Notes: generated from the sequence alone by a model not told the origin. A DNA stretch of 64,000 nucleotides from Elusimicrobia bacterium GWB2_63_22 (GCA_001799735.1 MGUA01000001.1:30554-94553), one strand, 5' to 3'; positions 28,257 through 37,250 are shown, numbered from the stretch's first letter. Translations and numbers: made by a program.

Positions 28257-29972
28257 CTATTTTTGCTCCCCGCAGTTCTTGCTCCCCGGCTTCGGGTCCC
28301 TGGCGAAAGTCTGGAACTGGGCAGTCAGCTCGGCGGCCCATTTCACGGCGCTCAGTATATGCCCTATCTCGGCCTTTGTCGGGCTGGACGCGGCGGTGCC
28401 CTCATCCAGCAGGGTCGCGTAGCCGTTGATCACGGCCAGCGCGTTGTTGAAGTCGTGCGCCATGGGCAAGGCGGCTTTTTTCAGGGCTTCCGCGGCCTTG
28501 GCCCCGGCCAGCTCGCCTTCCGTTTTTTTGATCCCGGTTATGTCGCGGGCCACCCCCAGCACCCCTATCAGTTCGCCGCCGGCATTGCGCAAGGGCGTCC
28601 TGACGGTATTGAAAGAATGGCTGCCGGCCGGCAGCACCCGGTCATAAGTCCGGCTGATGGTCTTGCCGGTGCGGATCACTTCCCGGTCCGCCAGGGTAGA
28701 GGTCCGCGCCGCTGCCGGGGAGAATATCTCGGCGTCGGTTTTGCCGAGCACGCCCTTCCGGGTCAGCTGGAAAGAATCGGCGCAAGCCTTGTTGACCTTT
28801 ACATAGCGGCCTATCAGGTCCTTTATAAAAATAGCGTCGCCGGAGGTTTCAAAAATATTCCGGAACATAGCCTCGTTCTCTTTCAGCAGCGCCGCGGCGC
28901 CCGCTTTCCGGCCCACATCGCGAACCACGCCGGTTATCAGCGCCGGTTTGCCTCCGGACTTAACTATCCCGCTTTTCTGCTCCATGAAAAAGTAGCCGGC
29001 GCTCTTTTTACGCAGCCGGTAGGAGATCATCGGCAGGGTCCGGCCGGTTTCCCGGGCATTGGCCAGGGCTTTTACCGCCATCTCCCGGTCCTGCGGGTGC
29101 ACCAGGTCGAAGATGCTGCGGCCCAGCAGGTCTTTAGACCGGTAGCCGTAAGCCGAGACCCTGGGACTCGCGTAAACTATTTTTCCGGCCATGTCGGCGG
29201 AGTAAACGATGTCCTGCGAGGAGGAGATTATGGCCAGCAGCGCGTCATGCTCCCTGCGCCGGCCGGCCTCGTCGAGTTTGCGTTTGAGCAGCAGCGCGTA
29301 GACGCGGGCCAGCCGGCTGACGGTGCGCAGTTCATCGGCGGAATAATCCCCGCGCGGCTCGGACAGCGCCAGTATGCCCAGCAGTTCGCGGCCGTAGACC
29401 GCCGGAACACCGAGGAATTTATGCGCTTTAACCCGCGCGGCGGAGGGCGCATAATTGGCCAGCAAAGGCTTTTTCCTTTTCAGGACGCGGCCCCAGAGCC
29501 CCGCGAAGTACGGTGAAACCAGAAAGCTTTTTTTTGCCGGCCGCGTTTTGCGCGCCTTGCCGTAAAGCGCCACCGCCACGATCCGCCCCGTAACGCCATC
29601 CCGGTAGCCCGCTACGCCGAACCTGCTGCCGGTAAGGCGGCACGCCTCGGCCAGCACCGCCCCGGCGAGTTCCTTGAAGGAAACGCCGGGATCCGTCAGG
29701 AAGAGCTCTTCCAGGCCGTTAACCGAAGCGGACACCCCTTGCGCCCGGCTCAGTTTTGCCTCGCGCTGCCGGCGCGAAGGTCCGAAGGAGCTCTTGTTTC
29801 CGGCTCCGCCCCTTTCCTCAGGGTCGGCCGGCGCCGAGGGCAGGAACGAAAGCCGCGCCTGCTGGGCGTAGGCGTAGATCCCGCCGGCGCGCAGCGCGGC
29901 GCTGAGCCGCCTGGTTTTTGCCAGGGCCAGCGCGCGCACGGCGCGCGCCGATCTTTTTAAATTTTCAGACAT
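28257..29972 (-). CDS. GAF/PAS sensor protein with HisKA-like DHp domain but no HATPase domain
   Basis: Start moved to the ATG at 29972 (MSENLKRSARA..), which has a GGGAAGGGAAG SD. 571 aa with two PAS-like segments. H-box LPMAHDFNNALAVINGYATLL. The protein ends about 55 aa later (..FARDPKPGSKNCGEQK) without N/G1/G2 boxes. Confidence 0.75.
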   Translation of the reverse strand: MSENLKRSARAVRALALAKTRRLSAALRAGGIYAYAQQARLSFLPSAPADPEERGGAGNKSSFGPSRRQREAKLSRAQGVSASVNGLEELFLTDPGVSFKELAGAVLAEACRLTGSRFGVAGYRDGVTGRIVAVALYGKARKTRPAKKSFLVSPYFAGLWGRVLKRKKPLLANYAPSAARVKAHKFLGVPAVYGRELLGILALSEPRGDYSADELRTVSRLARVYALLLKRKLDEAGRRREHDALLAIISSSQDIVYSADMAGKIVYASPRVSAYGYRSKDLLGRSIFDLVHPQDREMAVKALANARETGRTLPMISYRLRKKSAGYFFMEQKSGIVKSGGKPALITGVVRDVGRKAGAAALLKENEAMFRNIFETSGDAIFIKDLIGRYVKVNKACADSFQLTRKGVLGKTDAEIFSPAAARTSTLADREVIRTGKTISRTYDRVLPAGSHSFNTVRTPLRNAGGELIGVLGVARDITGIKKTEGELAGAKAAEALKKAALPMAHDFNNALAVINGYATLLDEGTAASSPTKAEIGHILSAVKWAAELTAQFQTFARDPKPGSKNCGEQK

Positions 29973-30011
29973 TATCTTCCCTTCCCATTGTTCCGAAGTT
30001 GGCCTGAGTTT

Positions 30012-30077
30012 AGTATATCCCATGCCGGGCAGCGGGGCCATTGGGAGTTATGCCAGTACCGCTAGGTAGTAGTACGG
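30012..30077 (-). promoter_or_regulatory. conserved promoter/operator cassette, copy e
   Basis: Gene-strand sequence: CCGTACTACTACCTAGCGGTACTGGCATAACTCCCAATGGCCCCGCTGCCCGGCATGGGATATACT. The -10 lies 40 nt upstream of the ATG at 29972. Confidence 0.6.
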
Positions 30078-30088
30078 GGCGGAGCGGT

Positions 30089-30733
30089 TCATTTAAGGGA
30101 GGTCAGCCCGTGCTGAAGAGCGTATTTGGTAAGGCCGGCGACCGTAAGGATATTGAGTTTATGCGACAGGTGTTCCCGGTGCGTTTCAGCCGTCCGGGTG
30201 CCTATGCCGAGTTTCGCAGCGACGCCTTTGTTGGAGAGCCCTTCGGCCAGCAAAGTCAGCACCTCCACCTCACGGCACGTCAGCGCGGCGCCGCCCGGCT
30301 GGCCCGGCGAAGACTGCAGGACGGCATGCATGCCGCGGGGAAAACTCGACCCGCCCCGGAAGACCCGCTCTATCGCGTCGAACAAGTCCGACAGCGGCTG
30401 GTCTTTCGTCACGTAGCCCCGGGCGCCGCAGCGGGCCATGCGGCCCACGTATTCTTCGCTGGAATGGATGCTGAAAGCTATGAGCCCGCACCTGGGAACG
30501 AGACGGCGCAGGCGCAGCGCCAGTTCTCCTCCGTCCATAAGGGGCAGATTGACGTCCAGGATGATAACGTCGGGCGACAGCTTCCTGACCTTGCGCAGGG
30601 TCTCCCGTGCGTCGGAAGCTTCCCCCACCACCGCGACGGAGCGGCTTGCGAGATAGGAGCGCACGCCTGCGCGCACTGTCGGGTGATCGTCCACTAAAAA
30701 AACCCTGATCTTTTTCCGCTTTTCGTCCGTCAC
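30089..30733 (-). CDS. NarL/LuxR-family response regulator (REC + HTH)
   Basis: GTG start at 30733 with an AAGGGGA SD, 14 nt after the OMP stop. 214 aa. REC (KIRVFLVDDHPTVRAGV..VIILDVNLP..GYVTKD) and LuxR HTH (LTCREVEVLTLLAEGLSNKGVAAKLGIGTRTAETHREHLSHKL). Confidence 0.85.
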   Translation of the reverse strand: MTDEKRKKIRVFLVDDHPTVRAGVRSYLASRSVAVVGEASDARETLRKVRKLSPDVIILDVNLPLMDGGELALRLRRLVPRCGLIAFSIHSSEEYVGRMARCGARGYVTKDQPLSDLFDAIERVFRGGSSFPRGMHAVLQSSPGQPGGAALTCREVEVLTLLAEGLSNKGVAAKLGIGTRTAETHREHLSHKLNILTVAGLTKYALQHGLTSLK

Positions 30734-30747
30734 GTCGTTGTCCCCTT

Positions 30748-31332
30748 TCAAAAAGAATAATTCACCGCGGCGGTTAACATGTAACCTTTGTCGGTTAAAT
30801 TCCTGCCCAGGGGATGCGCCAGGTCCTGGGAATTTATATCCTCGGTCCACAGGTAGCGGTAGGAGCCCCCGAAAGACCACGCGGTATTAAGGAAGTACTC
30901 CACTCCCCCGCCCGCATGGGGCCCGAAACGAAAATCCGTCCTGTCCGCCGGGGCGTAGACGTGGGTGTAATACCAGCCGCCCCCCGCCAGGATATATGGC
31001 GCGAGCCTGTAGCCGTGCGGCATTAGATAGGCGAGGACCGACAGCTGGATCGGTATCACGTCCACTTTCGCTTCGGGGAAACTTTCCTGGCGCAGGTCCG
31101 CCGATAACTCCAGGGCCCACCGCCGCGTAAGATGATAGCGCGCCTGCGCCCCTTCCGAGAACTCGCCGCTGCCGGCGCCCCTGCTGCGGTAATAGGCGGC
31201 GCGCCCCCCGAGAGACAGGCCGGCCCGCGGACCGCGGCTCTCTTCGGGTTCGGCTTGCGCGCAGGCCGCCGCGGCGGGCAAAAGCCCGGCCGCCAGGATA
31301 ATAACGGCGGTCAAGTGTTTATAAAAAGTCAT
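30748..31332 (-). CDS. small (8-strand-type) outer-membrane beta-barrel protein
   Basis: Start moved to the ATG at 31332 (MTFYKHLTAVIILAAGLLPAAAACAQA/EPE). 194 aa, ending ..MLTAAVNYSF. Paralog of 37629..38213. The 5' part of the 326-aa track ORF is an alternative frame of the upstream REC gene. Confidence 0.75.
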   Translation of the reverse strand: MTFYKHLTAVIILAAGLLPAAAACAQAEPEESRGPRAGLSLGGRAAYYRSRGAGSGEFSEGAQARYHLTRRWALELSADLRQESFPEAKVDVIPIQLSVLAYLMPHGYRLAPYILAGGGWYYTHVYAPADRTDFRFGPHAGGGVEYFLNTAWSFGGSYRYLWTEDINSQDLAHPLGRNLTDKGYMLTAAVNYSF

Positions 31333-31379
31333 AGATAGATCCCTGCTCCGCAGCCCGGTATACCAGGTGCCGCAAATAG

Positions 31380-31445
31380 AGCATACCGCATGGGGCAGGC
31401 CCTGCCAATGCGGAATTATACCCGGGCTGGAGTGGAATATTACGG
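31380..31445 (-). promoter_or_regulatory. conserved promoter/operator cassette, copy f
   Basis: Gene-strand sequence: CCGTAATATTCCACTCCAGCCCGGGTATAATTCCGCATTGGCAGGGCCTGCCCCATGCGGTATGCT. TTGGCA, 17 nt, then TATGCT. The -10 lies 48 nt upstream of the ATG at 31332. Confidence 0.65.
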
Positions 31446-31475
31446 AGGAGGAGGAAGGCTGCGGCAGGAGGCGCG

Positions 31476-31931
31476 CTACCTGGTTTTTTTGCGGGGGCTC
31501 TTCTTCCCGGCGGGAACGGCTTGGTCCATGCCGGCGGGGAAATACAGGCCGCCCCGGGAGACCTGCACAATGGCGTCGAACAGTTCCGAAGTGGGCTGGC
31601 TCTTCATAACATAGCCGCGGGCGCCGCTGCGCGCCATCCGCACCACGTATTCCTCGCTGGAATGGATGCTGAAAGCGATGATCCTGGACCTGGGGACGAG
31701 CCGGCGCAGGTTGTCGGCGACTTCCCACCCGACCATGGAAGGCAGGTTGACGTCCAGGACTATCACTTCGGGCGCCAGCTTCTGTACCTTGCGAAAGGCC
31801 TCGGGGGCGTCGGCGGCATCCCCCACCACCTCTATATCCCGGCTAGCCAGGTAGGTACGCACGCCTTCCCGCACGATCGGATGGTCGTCGATAAGGAAAA
31901 CTCTGATCTTTTTTTGTTTTTCTTTTTTCAT
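31476..31931 (-). CDS. single-domain (REC-only) response regulator, NarL-family receiver without HTH
   Basis: 151 aa from the ATG at 31931 (MKKEKQKKIRVFLIDDHPIVREGV..). Collinear with the two flanking LuxR regulators up to ..VSRGGLYFPAGM. It then ends in a short basic tail (DQAVPAGKKSPRKKTR) instead of the HTH. Confidence 0.75.
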   Translation of the reverse strand: MKKEKQKKIRVFLIDDHPIVREGVRTYLASRDIEVVGDAADAPEAFRKVQKLAPEVIVLDVNLPSMVGWEVADNLRRLVPRSRIIAFSIHSSEEYVVRMARSGARGYVMKSQPTSELFDAIVQVSRGGLYFPAGMDQAVPAGKKSPRKKTR

Positions 31932-31998
31932 ACCCGGCTGAAGGCGGCCTGACAATGCTGCGGCAGGGCGGCAAACACCTCAATACTGCCCAGGCGTT

Positions 31999-32682
31999 TT
32001 ACTGCTTGGGTTTATCCGGCAGGCCCAGCGAGGTCAGGCCGTGCTGGATGGCGTACTTCGTAAGGCCGGCGATGGTCATAATACCGAGCTTATGCGAGAG
32101 GTGCTCGCGGTGCGTTTCGGCGGTCCTCACGCTTATTCCCAGTTTCCGGGCCACCTCTTTATTGGCCAGGCCCTCGGCCAGGAGGGCCAGCACTTCGCGC
32201 TCGCGCACGGTCAGCACCACCGTGTTCGCCTCGTCGGGGGACGGCTTGGACTCCGGCGAAAGGATGGCGTCTGTCATAGACGCGGGGAAATAGATGCCGC
32301 CCTGGTAGACGTGCTTGATGGCCTCCACCAGCTTGGCCGTGGGCGCGTCCTTGGTCACGTAGCCATGGGCGCCGCAGCGGGCCATCCGCACCACGTGCTC
32401 CTGGCTGTCATGCACGCTGAAAGCGATGATCTTGGCGCGGGGGGCCGTCTGGCGCAGCTTGCGGGCCAGCTCGCCTCCGTCGAGGGAAGGCAGGTTGACG
32501 TCCAGGACGATAACCTCGGGCGCCAGCTTCTTCACCTTGCGCAGGGCCTCCGCGGCGTCGGCGGCTTCCCCCACCAGCAGGACCGCCGACTGGGTGGCCA
32601 GGAAGGAGCGCACCCCCTCGCGCACTACGGGGTGGTCGTCCACCAGTAATACTTTAATTTTGGGCTCACTTTTCTTTTTCAT
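31999..32682 (-). CDS. NarL/LuxR-family response regulator (REC + HTH), cognate of the upstream kinase
   Basis: 227 aa. The ATG at 32682 overlaps the HK stop (ATGA). REC (KIKVLLVDDHPVVREGV..VIVLDVNLP..GYVTKD) and HTH (LTVREREVLALLAEGLANKEVARKLGISVRTAETHREHLSHKL). Confidence 0.9.
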   Translation of the reverse strand: MKKKSEPKIKVLLVDDHPVVREGVRSFLATQSAVLLVGEAADAAEALRKVKKLAPEVIVLDVNLPSLDGGELARKLRQTAPRAKIIAFSVHDSQEHVVRMARCGAHGYVTKDAPTAKLVEAIKHVYQGGIYFPASMTDAILSPESKPSPDEANTVVLTVREREVLALLAEGLANKEVARKLGISVRTAETHREHLSHKLGIMTIAGLTKYAIQHGLTSLGLPDKPKQ

Positions 32683-35600
32683 AAGGCGTCTCCATCCTGT
32701 CGCGTTAAGGGAACGCGGACCGTGAGAGTGGTCCCGCCCCCCGGAGTGGAATCCAGTTCTATCGTGCCGCCGGCCAATTCTGCCCTCTCGCGCATGCTCC
32801 CCAGGCCGATGCCATTGCCGGCCGCCTGCCGGCTGGCGCCGGGGGTGAACCCGACCCCGTTGTCGCGCACGCTTAAAACTATTTTCTTCCCTTCCCGGGA
32901 GAGGGTGACGGCGGCCACGCTGGCCTTGGAATGTTTCCCCACATTATTGAGCGCCTCCTGCGCGATGCGGAACAGCGCCAGTTCCAGCTCGGGAGAGATC
33001 TGCGAAGGAACGTTCCCGGCCTTAAGCGTGACAGGTACTCCCGCCCGCTCCTTGAACTGCCGGCAAAGCGTGCGCAGGGCCGGCTCCAGGCCCAGGTCCA
33101 CCAGCTCCGAAGGCATCAGGTTCTGGGAGACGCGGCGGATCTCCGAAATGGCGTGGCTCAGGAACCCGCCCACTTTCGAAATGTTCTCCGCGTCTTTTTT
33201 GTTCAAAGCCATTTCCCCGGGCAGGGACTCCAGCCTGAACTTAATGCCTGAAAGTATCTGGCCGACGCCGTCATGAAGCTCCCGGGAAAGGCGCTTGCGC
33301 TCCGTTTCCTGGGCGGAGATCACGCGCGAGTGCAGGCGGTGCAGCTCCCGCTCGGCGCCCTTGCGCTCCGTGATATCCCGTTCGGTGGTGGCGACTTCCA
33401 CCGGCCGCCCCCTGTCATCGCGCAGGACGGTTACCGTCAGCAGCACGTCCAGGGTCCGGCCGCCTTTTGTGCAGCGCTGGGCCTCTATGGGAGCCGCCGA
33501 GACCCGGACCAGTTCCCGCGCCTTTATAAGCTTATTTTTCGGCATCAGCCGCCTGATGCTCATCGCCAGGGCTTCCTTTTCGCTATAGCCGTACATCTTC
33601 TGCGCGCCTTTGTTCCAGGCGAGTATGCGGTCCTTGAGGTCGCAGATAATGACCGCGTCGTTGGAATCCAGCACGGAATTGGCCAGCCGCAGGGTGTTTT
33701 TCTCCGCGAGCTTGCGCTCCCGCTCGGCCTGCTTCTGCTCCGTAATGTCGCGTTCCGTCTCGGCGACTTCCACCGGGCGGCCCTTCTCATCGCGCAGCAC
33801 GGTTACGGTCAGCAGCACGTCCAGGACCCGGCCGTCCCTGGCCCTGCGCCGGGTCTCTATCGGCCCCGCCGAAACACGGACCAGATCCTTAGCCCTCATC
33901 CGCGTCTTTTCCGGCATCAGGCGGCTGATATTCATCCCCAGGGCTTCTTTTTCGCTATAGCCGTACATCCGCTGCGCGCCTTTATTCCAGGCGGTGATGC
34001 GGCCCTTCAGGTCTATGATGATGACGGCGTCGTTGGAATCCAGCACCAGCGTGGCCAGCCGCAGCAGGTTCTTTTCCGCGAGTTTCCGGTCCTGTATATC
34101 CACCAGCGCCAGCACGGCGCCTTCAGTCCTGCTTTTTTCGGCCTTGTTCTTGTCGGTCCGGTAGGGCCGGATAAAAAGGTAATACCACTTGCCCCGCGTA
34201 TCGGCGACTTCCAGCTTCTGGACCTGGCCGGTCTTGATCACGTTTAGGAGCCGCTGTTTTAGATCGGGGACGAGCAGGGGCAGTTTGACCTCCGTGATAT
34301 GCCGCCCTATCTTGTCCGGGGAGAGGTCCAGAGCTTCGGCCGCCGGGGGCGTGAAGCGGCGGATGGTCAGGTCGGCCCCCAGCAGGACGACGGGGATGTC
34401 GATATTGGCCAGCAGGTTGGAGAAATCGCTGTTGGAGCGATTCAGGATCTGGTTCGCGTCTCCCAGCTCCTCGGTAGACGTGATAAGTTCCTCGTTGGCG
34501 GACTGCAGCTCTTCCTTGGAGGTTTCGAACTCTTCGTTGACGCTCTGCAGTTCTTCGTTGTTGGAAAGCAGCTCCTCGTTGGAGGATTTAAGCCGCGAAT
34601 TGGTAGACTCCTGCTCCTCTATAATGGCCTTTAGATGTTCCGCGGAGACCGCCAGGTCCTCTTTAAGCTGGACGACGCGGCGGCTGTCTTTTTCCCCCGG
34701 CGCCGCGGCGGCAGGCTTCTGGCCGGGAGCGGGGGCTAACAGTTCCTCGAACAGGATGAGGAAATGACTGGAGCCGTTGACCGGCAGCACCTCGACCTGG
34801 ATACGCCCGGGCCCGCCCCCGGGTTTAGGCAGGGATATCTCCTTGCGCACGGCGCAGGCGGTTTTTTTAGCCACGTGGATGGCCGTCCGCAGTTCCAGCA
34901 GCAGCCCGCTTGAGGCCATGCGGCGCAGGTTCAGGCTCGGGCGGCCGGGCGCGGGCCGCAGGTAGGCAGAAATATTTCCCAGGAACCGCAGTATCTCCAG
35001 TTCGCCGTTCACGATGACGCCGTTGGGGATATAGCGCGCGGGCAGGATACTGTCCAGCTCTCCCCGCAGGTCGGCTTCCTCCTGCGCCTGTTTTACCTGC
35101 CCCCGCTCCCCGTAGTAGGGGAGCTTAAAGGCGGGCTCCGTTTCCAGGAAACGGCCGGACTTAAAGAAATCGAGGCGCGACGCGGAAGCCGTCGTCCGCT
35201 CGGAAAAGACTTTTCTCTTCGCTTTCACAGGGGAAAAACCGCCGAAGAATTCCCCGGTGGTCTCCGAGTGCCCGAGCATGAGGATGCCATGGGGCTTTAA
35301 AGCGTATTGGAAGATCCGCATGGCTTTTTCCTGCAGGGCCGGGCCAAGGTAGATCAGGAGGTTCCTGCAGCTGATCAGGTCCAGGTTGGTGAAAGGCGGG
35401 TCCTGCACCAGGTTCTTGGCCGCAAAGACGCAGCGCTCGCGGATGGCCGGCACTATGCGGTAGCCGTCCCTGGTTTCAGTAAAGAAGCGCCGCAGCCGCT
35501 CGGGCGAAACGTGCGCCTTGATCTTTTTAGGATAAAGCCCCGCGCGGGCTTTTTCTATAACGGCGGGGTTCACATCCGTGGCGAAGACCTGGAAGGGCGT

Positions 35601-36605
35601 CTGGGAAACTTTGGGCCCCAGGAATTCCACCAGGTTAATGGCGTGGGAATAGACCTCTTCCCCGGTAGAGCAGCCCGGGACCCAGATGCGTATCGGTTCA
35701 TTGGCCCTCCTGTTCTTGAGCAGGCGAGGGTAGATAGTTCTCTTTAATTCCCTGAAGGATTCCGGTTCCCGGAAGAACGACGTCACGCAGATCAGGATGT
35801 CGCGGTAGAGCTGCTCCAGTTCGGCGGCGTCCGAGGCCAGCAGGCGGAAGTATTTCTCAGGGTCATGGATACGCCGCAGCGCCATGCGCCTCTGGATGCG
35901 CCGGCGCAGGGTGCTGCGCTTATAAAGTTCGAACTCTACTCCCTTGGCGGTGCGCAGCAGGTCCAGGATGCCGGTCAGCGGGTCTTCCGCCGGTTTGGCC
36001 GCCAGTCCTGCCCCGGCCGGGCCCGGCCCGCCAGGGCGGGCGGGGCTGATCCTTTTACCTATCTCTGCCGGGGAAAGAATGAAGTCCACCGAACCGGCCT
36101 CTACCGCGGAATGGGGCATGCTGAGGTGGGAGGCTGTTTTCTCGCTCTGCGCGAAAGTGGTCCCGCCGCCAGCCTTGATCGCCTTCAGGCCTTCGGTCCC
36201 GTCCGACCCCTCGCCCGACAGGAGTACGCCTATGGCGTTGGTTTTTTGGTCCGCGGCCAGGGAATAAAAAAAACTGTCTATGGGGTTGCGCCAGTCGGCC
36301 TTGTGCCCGAATTCAGAAAGGCGGAGAACGCCCTGTTTTATCTGCATCGCCCGGTTGGGCGCTATGATGTAGATCCGGTCGGGCTGGACCCGCTCCCCGT
36401 TTTTAACTTCGCTGACCGGGAGTTTAGTACTGTGCGCCAGGATCTCGGCCAAATGACTCTCATATTGGGGCGCAAGATGGGGCACCAGCACGAACGCTAT
36501 GCCTGGCTGTGCCGGCAGAGCGCTCAGGAGCTCCTCGAAAGCCTTAAGCCCGCCGGCGGAAGCGCCGACAGCGGCGATCCGGAAAGTCGCGGTTTTTTTT
36601 CGCAT
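32679..36605 (-). CDS. CheB-CheR-PAS-PAS-HisKA_3-HATPase multidomain sensor histidine kinase
   Basis: About 1308 aa from the ATG at 36605; the track ORF starts at a TTG at 36629. Domains seen: CheB-like methylesterase N-terminus (RIAAVGASAGGLKAFEELL); CheR-like methyltransferase (IRIWVPGCSTGEEVYS); coiled coil (SNEELLSNNEELQSVNEEFETSKEELQSANEEL); two PAS; NarX-type H-box (LSRELHDGVGQILS); ATPase (GNGIGLGSMRERAELAGG). Confidence 0.85.
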   Translation of the reverse strand: MRKKTATFRIAAVGASAGGLKAFEELLSALPAQPGIAFVLVPHLAPQYESHLAEILAHSTKLPVSEVKNGERVQPDRIYIIAPNRAMQIKQGVLRLSEFGHKADWRNPIDSFFYSLAADQKTNAIGVLLSGEGSDGTEGLKAIKAGGGTTFAQSEKTASHLSMPHSAVEAGSVDFILSPAEIGKRISPARPGGPGPAGAGLAAKPAEDPLTGILDLLRTAKGVEFELYKRSTLRRRIQRRMALRRIHDPEKYFRLLASDAAELEQLYRDILICVTSFFREPESFRELKRTIYPRLLKNRRANEPIRIWVPGCSTGEEVYSHAINLVEFLGPKVSQTPFQVFATDVNPAVIEKARAGLYPKKIKAHVSPERLRRFFTETRDGYRIVPAIRERCVFAAKNLVQDPPFTNLDLISCRNLLIYLGPALQEKAMRIFQYALKPHGILMLGHSETTGEFFGGFSPVKAKRKVFSERTTASASRLDFFKSGRFLETEPAFKLPYYGERGQVKQAQEEADLRGELDSILPARYIPNGVIVNGELEILRFLGNISAYLRPAPGRPSLNLRRMASSGLLLELRTAIHVAKKTACAVRKEISLPKPGGGPGRIQVEVLPVNGSSHFLILFEELLAPAPGQKPAAAAPGEKDSRRVVQLKEDLAVSAEHLKAIIEEQESTNSRLKSSNEELLSNNEELQSVNEEFETSKEELQSANEELITSTEELGDANQILNRSNSDFSNLLANIDIPVVLLGADLTIRRFTPPAAEALDLSPDKIGRHITEVKLPLLVPDLKQRLLNVIKTGQVQKLEVADTRGKWYYLFIRPYRTDKNKAEKSRTEGAVLALVDIQDRKLAEKNLLRLATLVLDSNDAVIIIDLKGRITAWNKGAQRMYGYSEKEALGMNISRLMPEKTRMRAKDLVRVSAGPIETRRRARDGRVLDVLLTVTVLRDEKGRPVEVAETERDITEQKQAERERKLAEKNTLRLANSVLDSNDAVIICDLKDRILAWNKGAQKMYGYSEKEALAMSIRRLMPKNKLIKARELVRVSAAPIEAQRCTKGGRTLDVLLTVTVLRDDRGRPVEVATTERDITERKGAERELHRLHSRVISAQETERKRLSRELHDGVGQILSGIKFRLESLPGEMALNKKDAENISKVGGFLSHAISEIRRVSQNLMPSELVDLGLEPALRTLCRQFKERAGVPVTLKAGNVPSQISPELELALFRIAQEALNNVGKHSKASVAAVTLSREGKKIVLSVRDNGVGFTPGASRQAAGNGIGLGSMRERAELAGGTIELDSTPGGGTTLTVRVPLTRQDGDAL
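33336..34079 (-). repeat. tandem duplication of a 124-aa PAS module (2 x 372 nt) inside the kinase gene
   Basis: Copy 1 is 34079->33708 (AEKNLLRLATLVLDSNDAVIIIDLKGRITAWNKGAQRMYGYSEKEALGMN..). Copy 2 is 33707->33336 (AEKNTLRLANSVLDSNDAVIICDLKDRILAWNKGAQKMYGYSEKEALAMS..). The corresponding Ala codons are exactly 372 nt apart. Confidence 0.85.
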
Positions 36606-36634
36606 ACAGTTTTTGGAACTTACCCCCAAAGGTA

Positions 36635-36672
36635 AGTATATAGCAAATGCATATATAAAGCAATGCGGATCT
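36635..36672 (-). promoter_or_regulatory. partial copy of the cassette (core promoter only) upstream of the CheB-CheR-HK operon
   Basis: TATACT (36640->36635), 20 nt, then TCCGCATTG (36669->36661). This is the same register and 9/9 identity with copy f. The distal CCGTAATACTACC element is absent. Confidence 0.4.
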
Positions 36673-36800
36673 GGAGGGAGGGCAGCGGGTCCGGCGGCAA
36701 CCGGGGGGCGGGAAAGCGGGGGTTTTGGGGGAAATTCAGCCGGTTTTCCCGCACGCCCTGCGGTTGCGGGGTGTGCGGTACGGTAAGCGGCAGGAGAAGG

Positions 36801-36968
36801 CTACCGGTGTCCAGTAAGAACTTCTCTTGCCGTGGTGTAGGCGAGGGCGGTTTTAATGCGGTCAGCCCTGTCCTGGGACGCGCCCAGCTTGCCATCCTTA
36901 ATAAGACCGAGGGAAACCACCATCCACACCTTAAACTCTTTCTTTATCACTTCATTCAGAATAGTCAT
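36801..36968 (-). CDS. small hypothetical protein (55 aa)
   Basis: ATG at 36968 preceded by a strong GAGGTGGA SD. MTILNEVIKKEFKVWMVVSLGLIKDGKLGASQDRADRIKTALAYTTAREVLTGHR. Lies in a lower-GC patch. No family recognised. Confidence 0.45.
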   Translation of the reverse strand: MTILNEVIKKEFKVWMVVSLGLIKDGKLGASQDRADRIKTALAYTTAREVLTGHR

Positions 36969-37250
36969 AATTCCACCTCTTAACTCACCCCCGACGAGCC
37001 TTACCCTTGTTCCTGTTAATATGATACCCCCCCCGCGCCTGGAGGCGCTATGCGTGGTTGTACTCGCGCATACGAGTAACCTCGGCAACAGTTTCCGAGT
37101 ATAAAGACAAGCGCCGCCGATTTTTGTATGATAGTTGCGGGGAAGGGTTTTTATCAATTAAACGCGGCCGGAAGCCTCAGGTGCAGAAAACTTCACCAGC
37201 GGCTGTCCGTTATATGTATTGCCGGGTTTGCCCCGCTAACAGGAGGCGGT

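Noticed and set aside
30748-31728. 326-aa ORF suggesting a large protein upstream of the LuxR regulator
   Set aside because: Only the last 194 codons (from the ATG at 31332) form a signal peptide plus OM barrel. The 5' part overlaps cassette f and is an alternative frame of the REC gene. The same pseudo-peptide, ..FQHPFQR.IRG.., appears antisense in the paralogous regulator at 30270..30491.
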